A DNA stretch of 64,000 nt. It comes from Convolutriloba macropyga (taxonomy: Eukaryota). Position 1 is the stretch's first letter. Each line of letters starts with the position of its first letter. A model generated the notes under the pieces. It did not search any database and was not told the origin of the DNA. It saw only the letters and a program-made list of their open reading frames with translations. The DNA is taken from assembly GCF_964194025.1 (NCBI RefSeq), contig NC_134477.1:35898001-35962000 (forward strand), given 5' to 3'. Positions 48,601-62,229 of this stretch are shown here, one piece after another. The position numbers and the translations under genes were made by a program.

Positions 48601-51600
48601 CAAACATATGACCAAAAAAATTGCTTTCTATCAAAAGAGGGATCTAGGTAGCAAAAACGTATATACAAATCGCATATTTTTAAACAACGCACGTTTAACA
48701 TGACCAAGGTTTTTTTTGCATTTGCAACATGTGGCGTCTGCTTTTACTCAAATTTTTACTCAAAAAAATTTCCAGCTATTATTTGAAAAATTTCTGCAAA
48801 ATCAATTGATTGATAATATCAACAAAACTGTTAAGCGAAAGAGCATTTGGTTATCGAAGCAAGAGATCAGGTGTTATCTCACAGAAATTTTAATTGATTA
48901 AAAAAAGAGAACTGGCATCCTTTTGGCCTGGAGAAATCTTTAAAGAAACTTTAGAGGAAGCAGATTGTTTAAATAACTGATGGCTTCTCAATTCTCCAGA
49001 AAAGTGTTCAATTGACTCTGATACACAGCGTCATTGCTGTGTTCATTGGGCATACTTTCGACGCTTCCATAGACTAGGGTTTTGAGGGTTTTATGGGGTT
49101 TTGAAATCAAGTTTCATCAATATAAAACATCGCACAAAAAAACTATAAAATAATATCTACAAAAATAACATATAACAAACAAAAAAATCAACCGACGTAC
49201 GATGCTGAACATATAAAAATCCCACTTTTACTATTGGGAACAAAAAAAATGATTTTCTTAGTGAAGATTTAAAATTTTGCGAACAAAATCAGTAGTAAGT
49301 GACTCCTTGAAATACTGACTGCATTGATTACCTTAATGCTCACAACTTACAATACTCTATAAATTGAGAATTATTATCCAATAATCTATTTTACCTTTGT
49401 TTTTGGGGAATTAATCTATGTCTACAGAGTTCAAAGTACTAGACGGATGTCAAACTCGAGTCGAATGGTATTTAAATAGACCAAAATTGCAGGGTCTGGA
49501 AATTTGTTCGAGCAAACAAGTCTGGACAATGATCTGATTTTGATCTGATCAGCTGTCACTTCTGTCTGATCAGAGATGGATTCAAGCGCATATTAGTCTG
49601 ATCGGATGCTATTTCGAGTGCATTTTGTCTTTTCCTTGAAATGCTTTCCACTGAGAGATGTTGGATCTGCCAATAGGCAATGATAAAGCATCCTTATAAT
49701 CAGAGACTGATCTAGAGTCTGATGTGGCTGATGAGAAGCAAAGGTTCCAGCTGGTAGCAAACACCGGTCACCTTTAAAAGTAATTTTGAATAACTGCAGG
49801 TCGAGACATTTTCTATGGAAAGCTATCGGAGTTAGTCTACTGATTCAAGAACATGCAGCAATGGCGTAGTAAACAAATTATTTTTCAACACCTTGGTTTT
49901 GTTGTTCTTGCTTGCTTGAGAATATTATTGCAAACATCAACTTTTATAGAAAGAACTTATTAAAGTGATATAAAAAGATATTTGTTCTAAATTAGAATAA
50001 TTATCTGTCCAGACTATTTCGGGCGCACGTCAGTTTGATAAGAGTGTTTTGAGAGCTCGCTAGTACGCTCAGAAAAAGATTCGAGCGCATACTAGTTCAA
50101 TCAAGGTTGACTTTTGAGCGCACAATAGTGTGATCAGAGGTATTTTCGAGCTCAGGAACGTCAGGACAATCGTCTGAGGATAATCTGAGTATGACGATGT
50201 ATCAAATGGTCTCGTCAGTCGCAACTTTGGTCGGGGATAATCTGAGTAGTGGCCATTGCCAGCGTGAACACGTCTTATCGGAAGATCGGGTCAACGTCGA
50301 GCGCAGTTTTAGAGCACACGAGGGTTCAAACGCACATCAGTCTGATCAGAGGTTACTCCGATCTAGGATGATCTGATCAGAGGCCACTTCCGTCTGGCGC
50401 CTGAAACTAGCTGTCGATGTTCATTGTTGCTCAGAAACTCTGAGAAAAGTTTTTCAAACCACCTCAAGCAGTCTTGGAAAATTGAAAATTTTTTAAATAC
50501 TGGTGGCCTCTTTTTCTTGAGATATTTAGGCCTTCATTAGGTTTTTGTAAACAGTAGGCTCAAACTATTGTCTTTTTCATTTTGCTAGAACTGGGAAGTC
50601 ATAAACAATAAGGGACTGCGCTAATTGCGTATTTACTTTTAAGCAAAAGATTTTTTTCGATTTCTGCATCTGATTTGTTTTTCGGTAGTTCTTTCAAATT
50701 TGATTAGTTGAAATTGGGATTGTTTTTATAGAGATGTGAAGACGGCTCCATACAAAGCACTGATGCCTCGTGCCAAGAACATGAATGATATTCCTCAGAA
50801 GGTAGAGACACTGCTTTCAATTATCGAAAATTTTGAAGTACCCCAGAAATGTTCTACTGAAAAACCAACGTAAACATGGGAAAATTTTGAATTAATTATT
50901 TTGGCAATTCATGTCTACTCAAAAACGGAATGCAAAATTGCAATTTTGGTAAATTGCTATAAGTCAAGATGAATTTCATTAAAAGAACAGAAAGCGCATT
51001 TTTCATTCTCGAATGTACGGATTGGTAAATATAAACAAAGCACAGCTTCAAAATCATCTTTCGCATTTCTCAATCTATCAGTCTGCAATTCGCCGCTCCA
51101 AGTTTATGCAATCCACAATATTTGGTCATTAAATTTTGAAAACAACCTTCCATCCTTTTTCAATCTGTTTAAATGGTCCCTGTATTATGACGCAATAGTT
51201 GACGATTGGGTGGCGCAATCGTATCAGGAGCCAAGTGGGTCACACAAACAGGTGGAGACTGTCTACGTGGTTGGGCACAGATCTACTGGGCACTTCTCAG
51301 GCGGTCAGGGCCACCGTTCAAATACCCCCTGATGACGTCATCAACAAAGTGGACTTATTTGGTAAATATATTGTCAAGTGTGATCGGTGATCTCAATTTG
51401 ATCAATTGAATTGAATATTCGGGATATAGAAAATATAGACCAGATATGTCCTCTTACGACAAATATATCACGTGTAAAACGGCTGAAAAGTTTACATCAT
51501 TGGAATATTTTTGCTGCAGGAATAGGTATGGCGAGCAATGCCATTCAATTAGAGGGCTGTTAAGTTATTATTAAAAGTGATATTATTTAGCCGGTTGAAA

Positions 51601-54600
51601 AGAAGGAAATGGTTTTTTTCACGCGTTCCCCTGAAACGACTAAAGCTTGACAGTGGTGCAGAATCGTTTGATAATCAATGTTTACCCCCGTAGATCTTAA
51701 AAGTCAGTTCATAAGTCGAGGTCCAGATTAGGGGGAAGACCTTATATAGGGTACAGTGGTGATAAGTCAGTAGCAGATCACAATGGGGAAGTATACAGTG
51801 ATGCTGGATCGGAGGCAGATCTATACGGAGTTGTAGACGATGACGGAATCTCAGACATAGACGGGGGTGAGGGGGGAGTGGGGAGTCAAGGTGGGGAGGG
51901 AGAGGCAGAACCTGAGCTGGATTTTAGTGGAGACGGGGGAGTGACCACCAAACCACCCACAGCAGATTCGCCCGGTTCCACACTTCCGCCTATCTCACAA
52001 CAGAGTAAAGTGAGAAGGACTGCCGATAGAACTATAAGGTGATCTGCTCTCTTTCAATCTCTCAACAAACTACAAACCGAACCATGTTGTAGATTAAACC
52101 AAAAATGCCAAATATATGAATCAATATATCTAGGCCGAATAGAAATAGCAACAATGTGTCGTGAAAAGCTTGCGATTCTTCAAAATAATGATCAAAAGTG
52201 GATTGTATAAAAATTTTATTTTTTTTGAAGAGTACAGAAATTTCTGTCGAAAATTTTTCATTACTCTGAAAATTTGAGAGGAAATTGTGGATTCTGACCC
52301 GATTTAACAAGTTTGTATTTCAGAAAGCATTGAAAAAAGATGCTCCAGTGAAAAGCTTGTATGATATTACTGCTTCAATTGTTACAGGTACGGCGTGAAA
52401 AATGCTTTGAAAGAATTATCGCTGAAATAAAAACGTTCTACGTGAAAATAGAGCACTGCAACTTTGAATTGAAAGTGTTTGTAAAAATTGCGATTGATTT
52501 GTAGGGTTCTGACTGGAGTGGAAAGGGATCCAAAGCCAGTGACTGTGAGGTCATTCACCCCAATGCCATCCATCAGTCCAGATGACATCATGCAACCAGG
52601 TACGCACTCCTATACAACCACTTCCTGATTCATCTACGACCTACAGTGGAGTGAAAAGTTCCTATTGTTAACAACAAAAAGTTTGACCTTATGGTAACAC
52701 GTAACTCAGGTATCACGTTAAAATCAGGTAGCATAGGGCATCTTAATAATTCGAGGGCATATGCAAGCTGTATTCGTTATTTCACGAAAAAATTTTATCG
52801 TATAATAACAAACTTGAAAACCTAGACTTTTATTGGCGTTCTTTTATCAGAGTGTGGTACAGGAGTTAATTAAAAACATATACTATTTATCGGTCTTAAA
52901 GACTGGTTATGCAGATTTTATCTTTGTTTTTGACAGTAATCATTCAAGGGTAGCCATCATTTTATCATTGTAAATATTTACTCAAAATCTTATTCGGAGC
53001 TGCAAGTTTGAAATGTTCCGTTTTCAGAGTTGTTCCTTTGCTGCTTTGGATACGAGTTTGAGCTGAACTACTCTGTCTTAGTCAGATCCAAACTGCTCTA
53101 CCGCCTCATCCTCTCTGGGAGTCGAACCCCTGCCGCCTCAATCAGCACTGCTCCCAAAAATACGCAACTAACCAAACGACAGTCCATGCTGTTAGCACTG
53201 TTTTAATTGTTATTTTTTTATGATTGTGTTATCAGCTTCATTTCTAATTTTCTCCACATTGACTGAACTTGAAAAAGTTGCATAGGCCGTAGTATGGCAC
53301 CTTAAGAGTCTTAGATGAAAACCTTAGTTGTCAGCCATGACCATCCGGAGGGACCTTTTAGAACAAATAATTGAATCAATTGACTTCAAGTGGTGTTAAA
53401 AGTCATCCAATTTGGTAAAACAGCTCTTAGATTCAACTGAAAAGAAATACGTGCGTCAACGATAAATGTCCTAATTTAAGGTTACTTTTTTAATCATTTC
53501 CATTTTTTCCTATTTGTGTCTTTGAAAAATGCTCACCGGTGTTTAAGGTATTTGAATATGCCAAAAATTTTTATCGTATAATATCAATTTTGAAAGCCTG
53601 TAGACTTTTATTGGAAATATATAAGTATATATTAAAAACAATACAATCGAAAACTTGGAAAACTTGATACGGACTTATACGGTGACGTACTAACTTTTGT
53701 AACTTTTTCATAGCTGTGAATATATTAGGCATTGACTAAAACGCTGTGAACGAAAAAAAATAACTTCAAGGAGATTTGTAAATTCAAAATCATTTCTAAT
53801 GGGGGCAGAGTCGAGTTCTCGTTAAGTACATCTTATGAATACGATGCGTCAAAAAACTTTATACAGGGCCGTATTAAGTTTTGTACGTTTTCTAAGGCAC
53901 CCTATATGTCTTAGTACTTTTCGATTTTTTGTCTAAGGTGGGCAACATGGATCTTTTCAATCTTGATTTGTTGATAATCGGGTTGATTGAATCTCTTTGA
54001 TTGAAGTTCTTGAAAAGGAGAATTTTGCCTGTAAAGTTCCGCATGACAAATTCTACTGATTGAGCCATTTTGTCAACTATTGAAAAACAATTTGACAAAA
54101 TTAAATTCAAAAAAGTCAGTAGATAAAAGGAGTCTCAAGAACCTGAACAGGATTTGGCAAATATATAATACAAGCAGGAAAAATCAAAAATCATCTCCGA
54201 TGGCTTTTTTTGTATAGCATAGACAGCAGGTTTCTAGAGAAATGGAAGTTAGAAATAATAATTTCTGATTTACTCCAATATATTGTTTGCAACACACTGA
54301 TAATACACACAAATTTTGATACTGGTGCAGTCGAGAAGTTGTTCATTCCTGAAAAAAAATCAAATGCAGAAAGGTTTTTATGAGATTTTTCCGTTGTTCA
54401 GACTTGCGCATGGGATGACCCGAGAAATTGTGCGTGTGACCAATCTGCCAGAGATAGGAGTGGGCGGAGGAGGGGGAGGGAGAGATGTTCACAGTATGGG
54501 TAAGGAGATATCTGCAGTGGTAGCAGAGTCACTTCCCAAGTACAATCTCTCAATCCCAGATACTCTTCACTACAAACTCACACCCAATGGTAACAATAAA

Positions 54601-57600
54601 GCCAATGTAAAATGACTTATACAGAATTATGATAAATAGAGGTGTATTAGTTCTCATTTCAAGTAACGATTCTGAAAATAATTCTTCAAATAAATTTTAC
54701 TTTGCATACAGAGTGAAGTTTATTCTTTTTAATCGGAAGCCGCAACTCGAACGCTACAGCTTTAGCGCTGATGAGTTCATTGTAACGTAAAATATCAAAT
54801 GATGATTAATGTCATTTTAATGCCAAGATTTTCAGGGCTTTGTAATCTTTTTAGGACAATTTCTTTGGTCATTTCAAATCTATCGTTAACTATTTCGTGT
54901 AAAGACCATAACCAAATCATTCGAAAAGTTAATGGTTTCTCAAAAAAATAAAGGTGACTTTGAGTTTGTACAATTTGTATACGATACTAGTCTTTTATGC
55001 CGATATGAACTACGGGAAAAAAATTGGAGACTGAGAAATATTTTATTGGAGACAGAGAGGTACTTCAAGGAAAATCAGATGAGTTTGAATTTTGATACAA
55101 AACACCTACTTTATTTTTCGGCCCCGGATAAAGTAGAACCAACAGTTACAATTGAAAGGAATTTATTGGAGTCCGCTGAGAGTTGCCGTTAATTAGGAAT
55201 ACGCCTTGAACCAAAATTGTCATTTGAAGTGAATCTGAATAAAGGTTTACGGAAAATGGCGGCTGCCATTCACTCACTATATATAGTAAGAAATCATATA
55301 TCTTTGGAAGTAGGCCTTCAAGTTTTCAAACCTTTATTCCTCTCTTGTTTGTCATTCAGTGGAGTTTTCACAATTATTATCAGCAAAAAACATACTGCGT
55401 ATACATCCACAGATTGACTGGGGCATTAAAGTGTGTTATATGCGTCGTAAATTTGATCATTGTCGTGATCTTCTTCTTAAGTCACCTCTCTTACCAGCTG
55501 CTATGAATATTTCAAAGTTTAGTCTGTTGAAACTTCGCACAGACTTAAACCAGAGTATAGCATCAGAAAATGTTGGAGAATGTGCAGACCTTCCACAGTT
55601 ATAGACAAAACAACTGATAATAAGAATTCAAAAGTATACTGAGCGGAGTGAAAGGTCTTTGATTTTGAAGAACATATAAAGGTGTAAAAAGTTGCCTTTT
55701 AATGTATGAGCGACGGGAAAAAATTCTTTTCAAAAAAAACTTGAACAGGGTCCTTGCAATGTCGGCATGAAAATATACCAATGGACAGACAATCAGGATC
55801 ATTCGGATCTGAGCTTTATATTTAGAAGAACGAACAACTCAATGGGTACCAATAAATAACCACAAATTTTTTTATAATATCCATTATTTCAATATATATA
55901 TATATATTCTGAAGGCGTTAACTTTAGCCTTTCGGTTATACTATTAATGTACATTAATGTAAATTAATGTACAAAGAAAAACGTCTAGTAGTACGCTAGA
56001 GGAATAAAAATTTAAAGCACGCATCAGTAGTGTTGACCCCTAGTTGATGAAAAATTATTAACCATAGAACTAGGAAGAGCAGCACCCAATTTCATTCAGA
56101 CCAACTTTTAAGCTGTCTGCTATCATATAACTGACTTAATTTTCCTTTTTTGCCAATACCTTAGGGCTTCTTTGGAATAGGAAGCCAAATATAAAATCAA
56201 ATATATTTTCAACCCAAAGAACATTTTTTTGATATATGAGTTCAGCGAAGGTGTGATCAGAAAATCGACAAACCTGGGCGATCATCCATTGATATTGTGA
56301 TCCTTCCTTGACTATTTGATGTATGTTTTGGATCAGGTATGGCGATAGCCCTGGCCAACTTGTACCGTGATTGCATGTCAGTGAGTGTGAGTGAGGCACC
56401 AGAAGTATTCCAGGCTGCGAAGTTCCTCGAGTTCAGACACCTCAAATACATGTAAGAGATTTATTCAACCAAATCCGATGTCTGAAATACGATAGCAAAA
56501 ACCAACTGCAAGTATGAATTTTTAAGGAACACGTTCTTCACCATTCCTAGAGCGATAATTGATTAGCGATATGCTGTTTATGGAGTGAAAAGCAAATTTC
56601 GTTCAAAATTGCAATTCCTAAGGGATCCGTAATAATTTTATCAGTATTGTAAAAATCTGTGGCTTATAATTATCTTATAAAATAATGTGAGGTGCGATGA
56701 AAACGTTGAAAATCAAGTTCGTACCTATAAAATCTGAGAATGTTGTTCAAATGTTTTTCAAAAGTGGTTGTGGTTTCTTTGTGCTCAAATGACACGTACA
56801 AAGTGTAACGCCAGTTACAAACACTCAGAACAAGCTTCTCAGCTGAGGTTTTAGAGGTAGTTCTGGTTAGGGAGAAAGATTAGAGAAAATTAGTGCTGAG
56901 CCCATGATGTTAATGTTTTTCCTTTATTTTTTATCAAGTTGTTTCTTGTTTTGACGTAGCAAACTTTTTGTAATACTAAGTTTTGTCATATAATCCTTCT
57001 TGTTCAATTTGTTTTCCTTGTGCGACGTGAACAGGTGTATAGAAGTGATGATGTCCAATCTGTCAGTGGATACAATTGGTCCCTTTTGCCAGTTGAGTGA
57101 ACAACATAGACTGTCTCTGCTCAAGAGTGCTTGTATCAGATGGCTGGCTTACAATCTCACCTCCACTCAAATGACTGAGAGCATACAATTGGGAAAGATC
57201 TCTCTCAAACTCATGCTTGCCGTTCTCTCACATAAACAGTTAGAGACTTAACAATTATTTAAATACTTTAATGATTACCACTAGTTTAAGTTTTCTCAAG
57301 TTTTGTATCTATTGATTTATTTTATCGAGAGCACGACGCGAATTTTTACTGTGGATCCAGACTATCGGTTCTCCGAAAACATCCACGCGATATTTGGAAA
57401 AAAAGATCACTTTTCCGAAAATCAGTTGCTAACTTAATTTCTTGAAAATGTATAATCTTGTCCACAGTTCATCTTTTTCGTTCAAACAGTTTGAAATCTG
57501 AGAAAAGTGTATTGCACTAGAATGCTTTAAAGCTTAGGCTTGAAAATTGGGTAATAAATATCATCCAATTTTTAAATCTGAGCTCCGCAGAAAAGAATGA

Positions 57601-60600
57601 AAATCCCCTTTTTTTCTTAAGGTTTGCAGAAGCTATCCTAAGAAAAGAACAACCTTTTTGTCCGTAATATCGTTCTGTAGCCGTGAACGTGCTTTTACTA
57701 TAGTTATCTGTTGTATTTTGAGTTTCCCGTTTCAGCTTGTTTGTGAGCCATGAGTTCAGTTTGTACAGGACATTGTGCACGTGGTTGTATCTTCAGGCCA
57801 ACAGAGTCCAACAGTCGCCCCCTTTCGGAACTATTGTTACATACTTTAACAGGTATGTATCCTCAGACACATTCTATTCACGATGTTTATCTCTTATTCT
57901 TCCGACTCCCATCGATTATTTTGCACTTTGGTCTGAAAACGAGCATTTTAGGGGTTTGACCCAATTTTCACCACCAGTAGGTGGGGATTCAATTTTGACT
58001 AAACATGCGCGGTCAAACATCATAGTTAAAATAGCTAAATTTCTTTCGAGTCGCAAAAACGTTATTCTTTGGTCGATCGTTGTCTTTTCATGTCATTTAA
58101 TTTCATGTCGGAGATGGTATTTTCATAAGTCGAGGAGATGATCTTGAATGGGTCTTAAGAAAAGGGAGTGAAAATAAAATACAGCTTCTCTCTTATGTTG
58201 AGCTAGTTTCTTGTCCTTCCACGAGCACTCATCGTTGAACATAGTCTCTGCATGAGCCTGAAAAAATATATATGTACAGAAATAAGCACGGATAACAAAC
58301 AGAAATGGACTGCAAAATGTTAATGGTCATGAGCGCTATTAGCACAATTTTGTTTTCGGAACTGTTATTTTCACTGTTTTTGATAGAAGGGCAGTTGTTG
58401 AATATTATTGCAGAGTACTCCGGTTTTAAATTACTATCGGAATCTGGTGAAACTGAGTTCAATGATATCTATTTTTATAAACATTTTCTTTTAATTTAAC
58501 GTGCATACGTTGTTCGCCAACACAAAATGTGAATTTTGAAACAAAAAATCAGAATAGTTCTCTAAAAGTTGGTTGAATTAGAGAATATATGGCAGATTTT
58601 AAACAAAACCGAGAAAAAATGATAAAAAACAAAAAGTTTTTTTGTATGCCTCTCACAGTGCTCTTGTACTTTCTTATGTATGATTAAACAGTTATCAAGT
58701 CCTGATTATATTTAGATGGGCCGTCGTCAACTCAACCACAATTGAATGAGTCGTAAAAAATTTTTTTTGCAATGACGCATTTATCAAATGGTACAGAAAA
58801 ACAAAATCAAGATTAAAAAGTCAGACTTTAAATTGGGAACGTTTTCAGTGAGGGGGGGGGGGGGTCACATGAGCGGCTGGGGTGATGGGGTAAGTAGGGA
58901 GTCACTGAGGGCGTTGTTAAACTTTCAAGATTAAGATCCACCCTTCACAACATAAAATTGTTTCCTGAAATCAGTTTTTGTGATTGGCAGTTTTAGAGTC
59001 TGGTAAGAACTTAGAAGAACTTAGTTTTACCTGAAATTGGGTCAAGTTTTAATAAAATATGATAACGTTTTTATAGTGGCCCAGTTGATTTTAGGTTTAC
59101 AGATCGAAGAGTTGGTGAACTGTTTGAAGTCACTTGTTTGTCAAAATTTTTAGCTGAAATTTGAAAATTCAGCCAATTTTCTTTTTTTTTTGGTTAAAAA
59201 AATACATCCTACTTGCCCAGTTTAACTGGTGGTCCAGACAAAAAAATTTACTGAGCAAATCGTTTTTTGCTCTGTATGAGCTAATTTTACTTTTGGTTCC
59301 TTAGAAACATTTCAGGAAATGAAATATTTGCTGTCTTTATAAAGATAAAACGATTTTATTAAGGAAAATGCATAATTTTTTTATATACATTTTTTGACAA
59401 AAACCTATGGAGAAAAATTTTAGAAATAGTGCACTTTTAAAGCTGAGCAGCGATAGCAAGGCAAGTTTTGGTCTCATTGTTGAGTTTTGTAAAAGGATGG
59501 AAAAGGATTCGGATTGTATTAGGGTCTGTCTTTTTGAAAAAGCTTTGTTACAATTTTTTCATACAAATCTCTAGAAGCTATTTTCTCATTTAATAATGCT
59601 ATTATAAAGAGGCCCCATAACATTCCATTAAGCTCTAATGAAACAATATGACGTTTGGTGGGTAAAGCTCATGATTTTTATGGCTCCGTCAAATTGTTTT
59701 TGTATATTTTTGATGAAATTTTAAGATTTTCAACCATTTGATGTTCTTTTTGTAACCCTATGACTGAGACTCATTAATGGAAATTCCAAATAGGGTATTA
59801 GAGAGCTAATAAAAAATATCTAATGCTTTCACATGACAGATAATGCTTTTTTGACAATGTAACTCGATAAGTATTCAAAATTCATCATTTATTTTTTATG
59901 AAATGACTTTTTGGTCAAAATAATTTTTCGGTAAAATTTGATACACCTTTTTTGTTAAAAGAAAAACAGCAGGAAAGAGATCAACTTTGGTCTTGTTGAG
60001 GTTTTTTATAGTTCAAAGATTTTTCAAATTTTAATGGGTCGCTGTATACGTTTTTTTAAAATACTTTTGCCTTTTATGTTTTTTTTAAGTTTCAAATCAA
60101 ACCCTATTGTTGACAGCTCAATTTTACAAGCATAAAAGATGCCAACGAAAATACAATAAAAATCAGCGAAGAGCATTGGGTATTTTGCTTCAACATCGTT
60201 TGCATAAGAAGGTTTGCAAAATTTTGAGTTCTATTTCGTTTTAATTTTTAATGTGTAACCTTTTGAGTTTGTCTCACTAATGACATGTAAAGGTGTCTTC
60301 CTAATCGGTAGCAAGATAAACTACTTAGATTTTTTTCAGTTGAGAACTTACCGTCGTTATGTCTTATGGTTTTAAACATTTGATTTCAAAAGAAAATAAT
60401 GGTTTTTTGAGATTTGTCAATTTCTATCTTATTTTCGCAAACTTTAAGCGTAGTCTCCAGAAAGAGAGAAGTCATTTTTTTCATTCTAATCAAAAAGTGG
60501 TTTTGTTTTTAAACTAAAAAATTGTTTTTTTGTCGTTGATACTTTGAGTTTTCATTAATTTTTATTTCTTTTGTTTTAATTTTTTCCAATTTTATAGGTT

Positions 60601-62229
60601 CTCTTTTGCTGTCTTGTCTCATCGTCATATTAATTGCATATGAATGATAAGGCTTACATCACTTTCATGGCGTTGAGATGAGGCACAGTTGTTTATATTT
60701 AAAATTTTTAGTGAATAACTTTTTATCTTATAGGCTTCGACATCGTTTCCTCGCAAAATTGAAATCGCTTCTTGTTGTTTGTCTTTATTTGTTGTTTTTG
60801 GAGTCATTTGACATTCTGGCTAATGACAGGTACCAATAATTTTGCATGATTTTAAGTTGTAAATGAAGCCATTGAATGATTTCAGATGATAGCTAATTGC
60901 TAATGATGATAACTAATGTCAAACGACTTTGAATTTATTCGTTTCGAAATTGTTGTCAACTTTTACTCTTTTAAGCCAGTTTGAGTAGATTACTAGATAT
61001 GTGCATGACGAACAAACCTAAGCATACCGAGCCTTTAATAACTTTTGAGATGCTAGGTTATAATTTCTTTAATCAATATTTTCTATTGAATTGTTTTTTT
61101 TCGAACAGACGATCAATTTCTGATTTCCTCTCTTTCACGCAAAAATTCCAAAATCTCAAAATCCAACATTGAAACGAGCATCAGCAGTGGGAAAATTCTG
61201 GAAGTATTTCAAACGGGCTTCCCGATACTTGTTAAATTATAGTGAGGAACTGAGTAACAATTTGCTTAGTCCCAAAATTTGATTCAAAAGCTAAGAAGTC
61301 TAAGACATGATGATGAGGGCCTTGATACAGGTGTGCATTTTCTCTCAATCGGCATTCATTAAGACTTGCCATTCAATTATGTTTCTTTTATCTTAAAATT
61401 ATACATTGCAAAATTGAGACGGTCTAGGTCAGAGGCTGTTTCACTGGGTCTCCTTTTTCATTTGTCCTGATTGTTGCAGTCTTCCAAAGTGGGTGTCGTT
61501 CCTGGGGAGAGACGAGACAGCCTCCCAGTACATGCCCCTGTTCTCCCTCTTGAGACTACATGCCCTGACTGACCCCAGTCATCTGGAGTGTCTGCAGAAG
61601 ATGAATGTCCTCCCCCACAACTGGGTCCTCAACCTTGTCACCATGAGCTACAGATCTGTTAGTTACAGAACTTTTAATCACAATTTGTCTACACACTTAC
61701 ACACACAAATGACTAAATCATTCCATCACTTGAGCATGAGGTCAAGATGTGTTCATGTAAAACTTGATTACAAGTCAAATCATAAATGAAAAACTTTCAT
61801 TTTAGTTTAGGGAAGAAAAATTGTTCGATTTATTTTAAGTAAGCGATGAACATTTTCAAAACTTCCAGGCTGTTTGAAGCAAACACTTAATTAAGGTTAT
61901 ATTCATTTTGAAAACATCTTCAAATCGAGAAGCTTCATATTTCACATTTAATACCAAGACTGCGTCTTAGATTAATAAACTCATGGTTATATTTTCAAAC
62001 AAGTGACCTGTTTAAACACCTCTGGTTTAACAATTTGGAGTTCCTTTTATGCATACTTGTTGTGTCTGGTTACTTACAGGTGTACCTATGGAAGAGTTTT
62101 ATGTGTGTTCCAGCTGCAAATAGGAGGAGACATGTCCCTGGTCATGGCATTCGAGTCCTCAGCTGCCAGATACGGCATGGAGGTCACACACGCAAACGGA
62201 AGACAAGTCGAAGTCATCAACCTACACGG
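41415..62229 (+). CDS. BTBD16: BTB/POZ-BACK domain protein, BTBD16 (germ cell-less family); partial, continues past the window end
   Basis: Well-supported exons: 51199-51361 (RIRSQVGHTNRWRL...DLLGTSQA), 52505-52599, 53028-53190 (LFLCCFGYEFEL), 54402-54589, 56337-56451 (AIALANLY...FQAAKFLEF), 57035-57238 (CIEVM...ACIRWLAYNL), 57736-57852 (LFVSHEFSL...WLYLQ), 61480-61657 (PLFSLLRLH), 62114-62229 (GGDM...AARYG); these resemble human BTBD16 as recalled. Upstream exons 41415-41543, 44873-45006, 45109-45182, 50732-50801 and about 51694/51708-52038 are provisional. Confidence 0.82.
41596..44063 (+). mobile_element. HINE family B element carrying a nested MITE
   Basis: subTIR TGTTCCGACCCC (41596-41607) / GGGGTCGGAACA (44022-44033); shares CAGTCA.TTTTGG.CGATCGATATATT with the 35151 copy. 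Confidence 0.6.
41656..42569. mobile_element. Non-autonomous CACTA/EnSpm-like TIR element inserted in (TG)n
   Basis: 54-bp TIRs starting CCCGGACC (7 mismatches), subterminal CCAAGTCT / 33-bp repeats, TG arrays on both sides. Confidence 0.85.
45430..48250 (-). mobile_element. Decayed CR1/L2-type LINE, 5' part (ORF1 plus APE endonuclease), antisense in a BTBD16 intron
   Basis: Minus-strand fragments PHIIALTETW, RESRGGGVVFFV and ILCDDFNTD (APE motifs); ORF1-like EQERYTSENSIIVDN and PSIIVKFVHF; many stops and frameshifts. Confidence 0.85.
54860..55860 (+). mobile_element. 5'-truncated CR1/L2-type LINE (RT 3' end)
   Basis: Broken frames VQFVYDTSLL (decayed F/YADD), YFKENQMSLN, CR*LGIRLEPKLSF. 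Confidence 0.75.

Noticed and set aside
52324-52387. Extra BTBD16 exon (KALKKDAPVKSLYDITASIVT)
   Set aside because: It has good splice signals, but its phases do not fit the neighbouring exons as modelled; left out pending RNA-seq.
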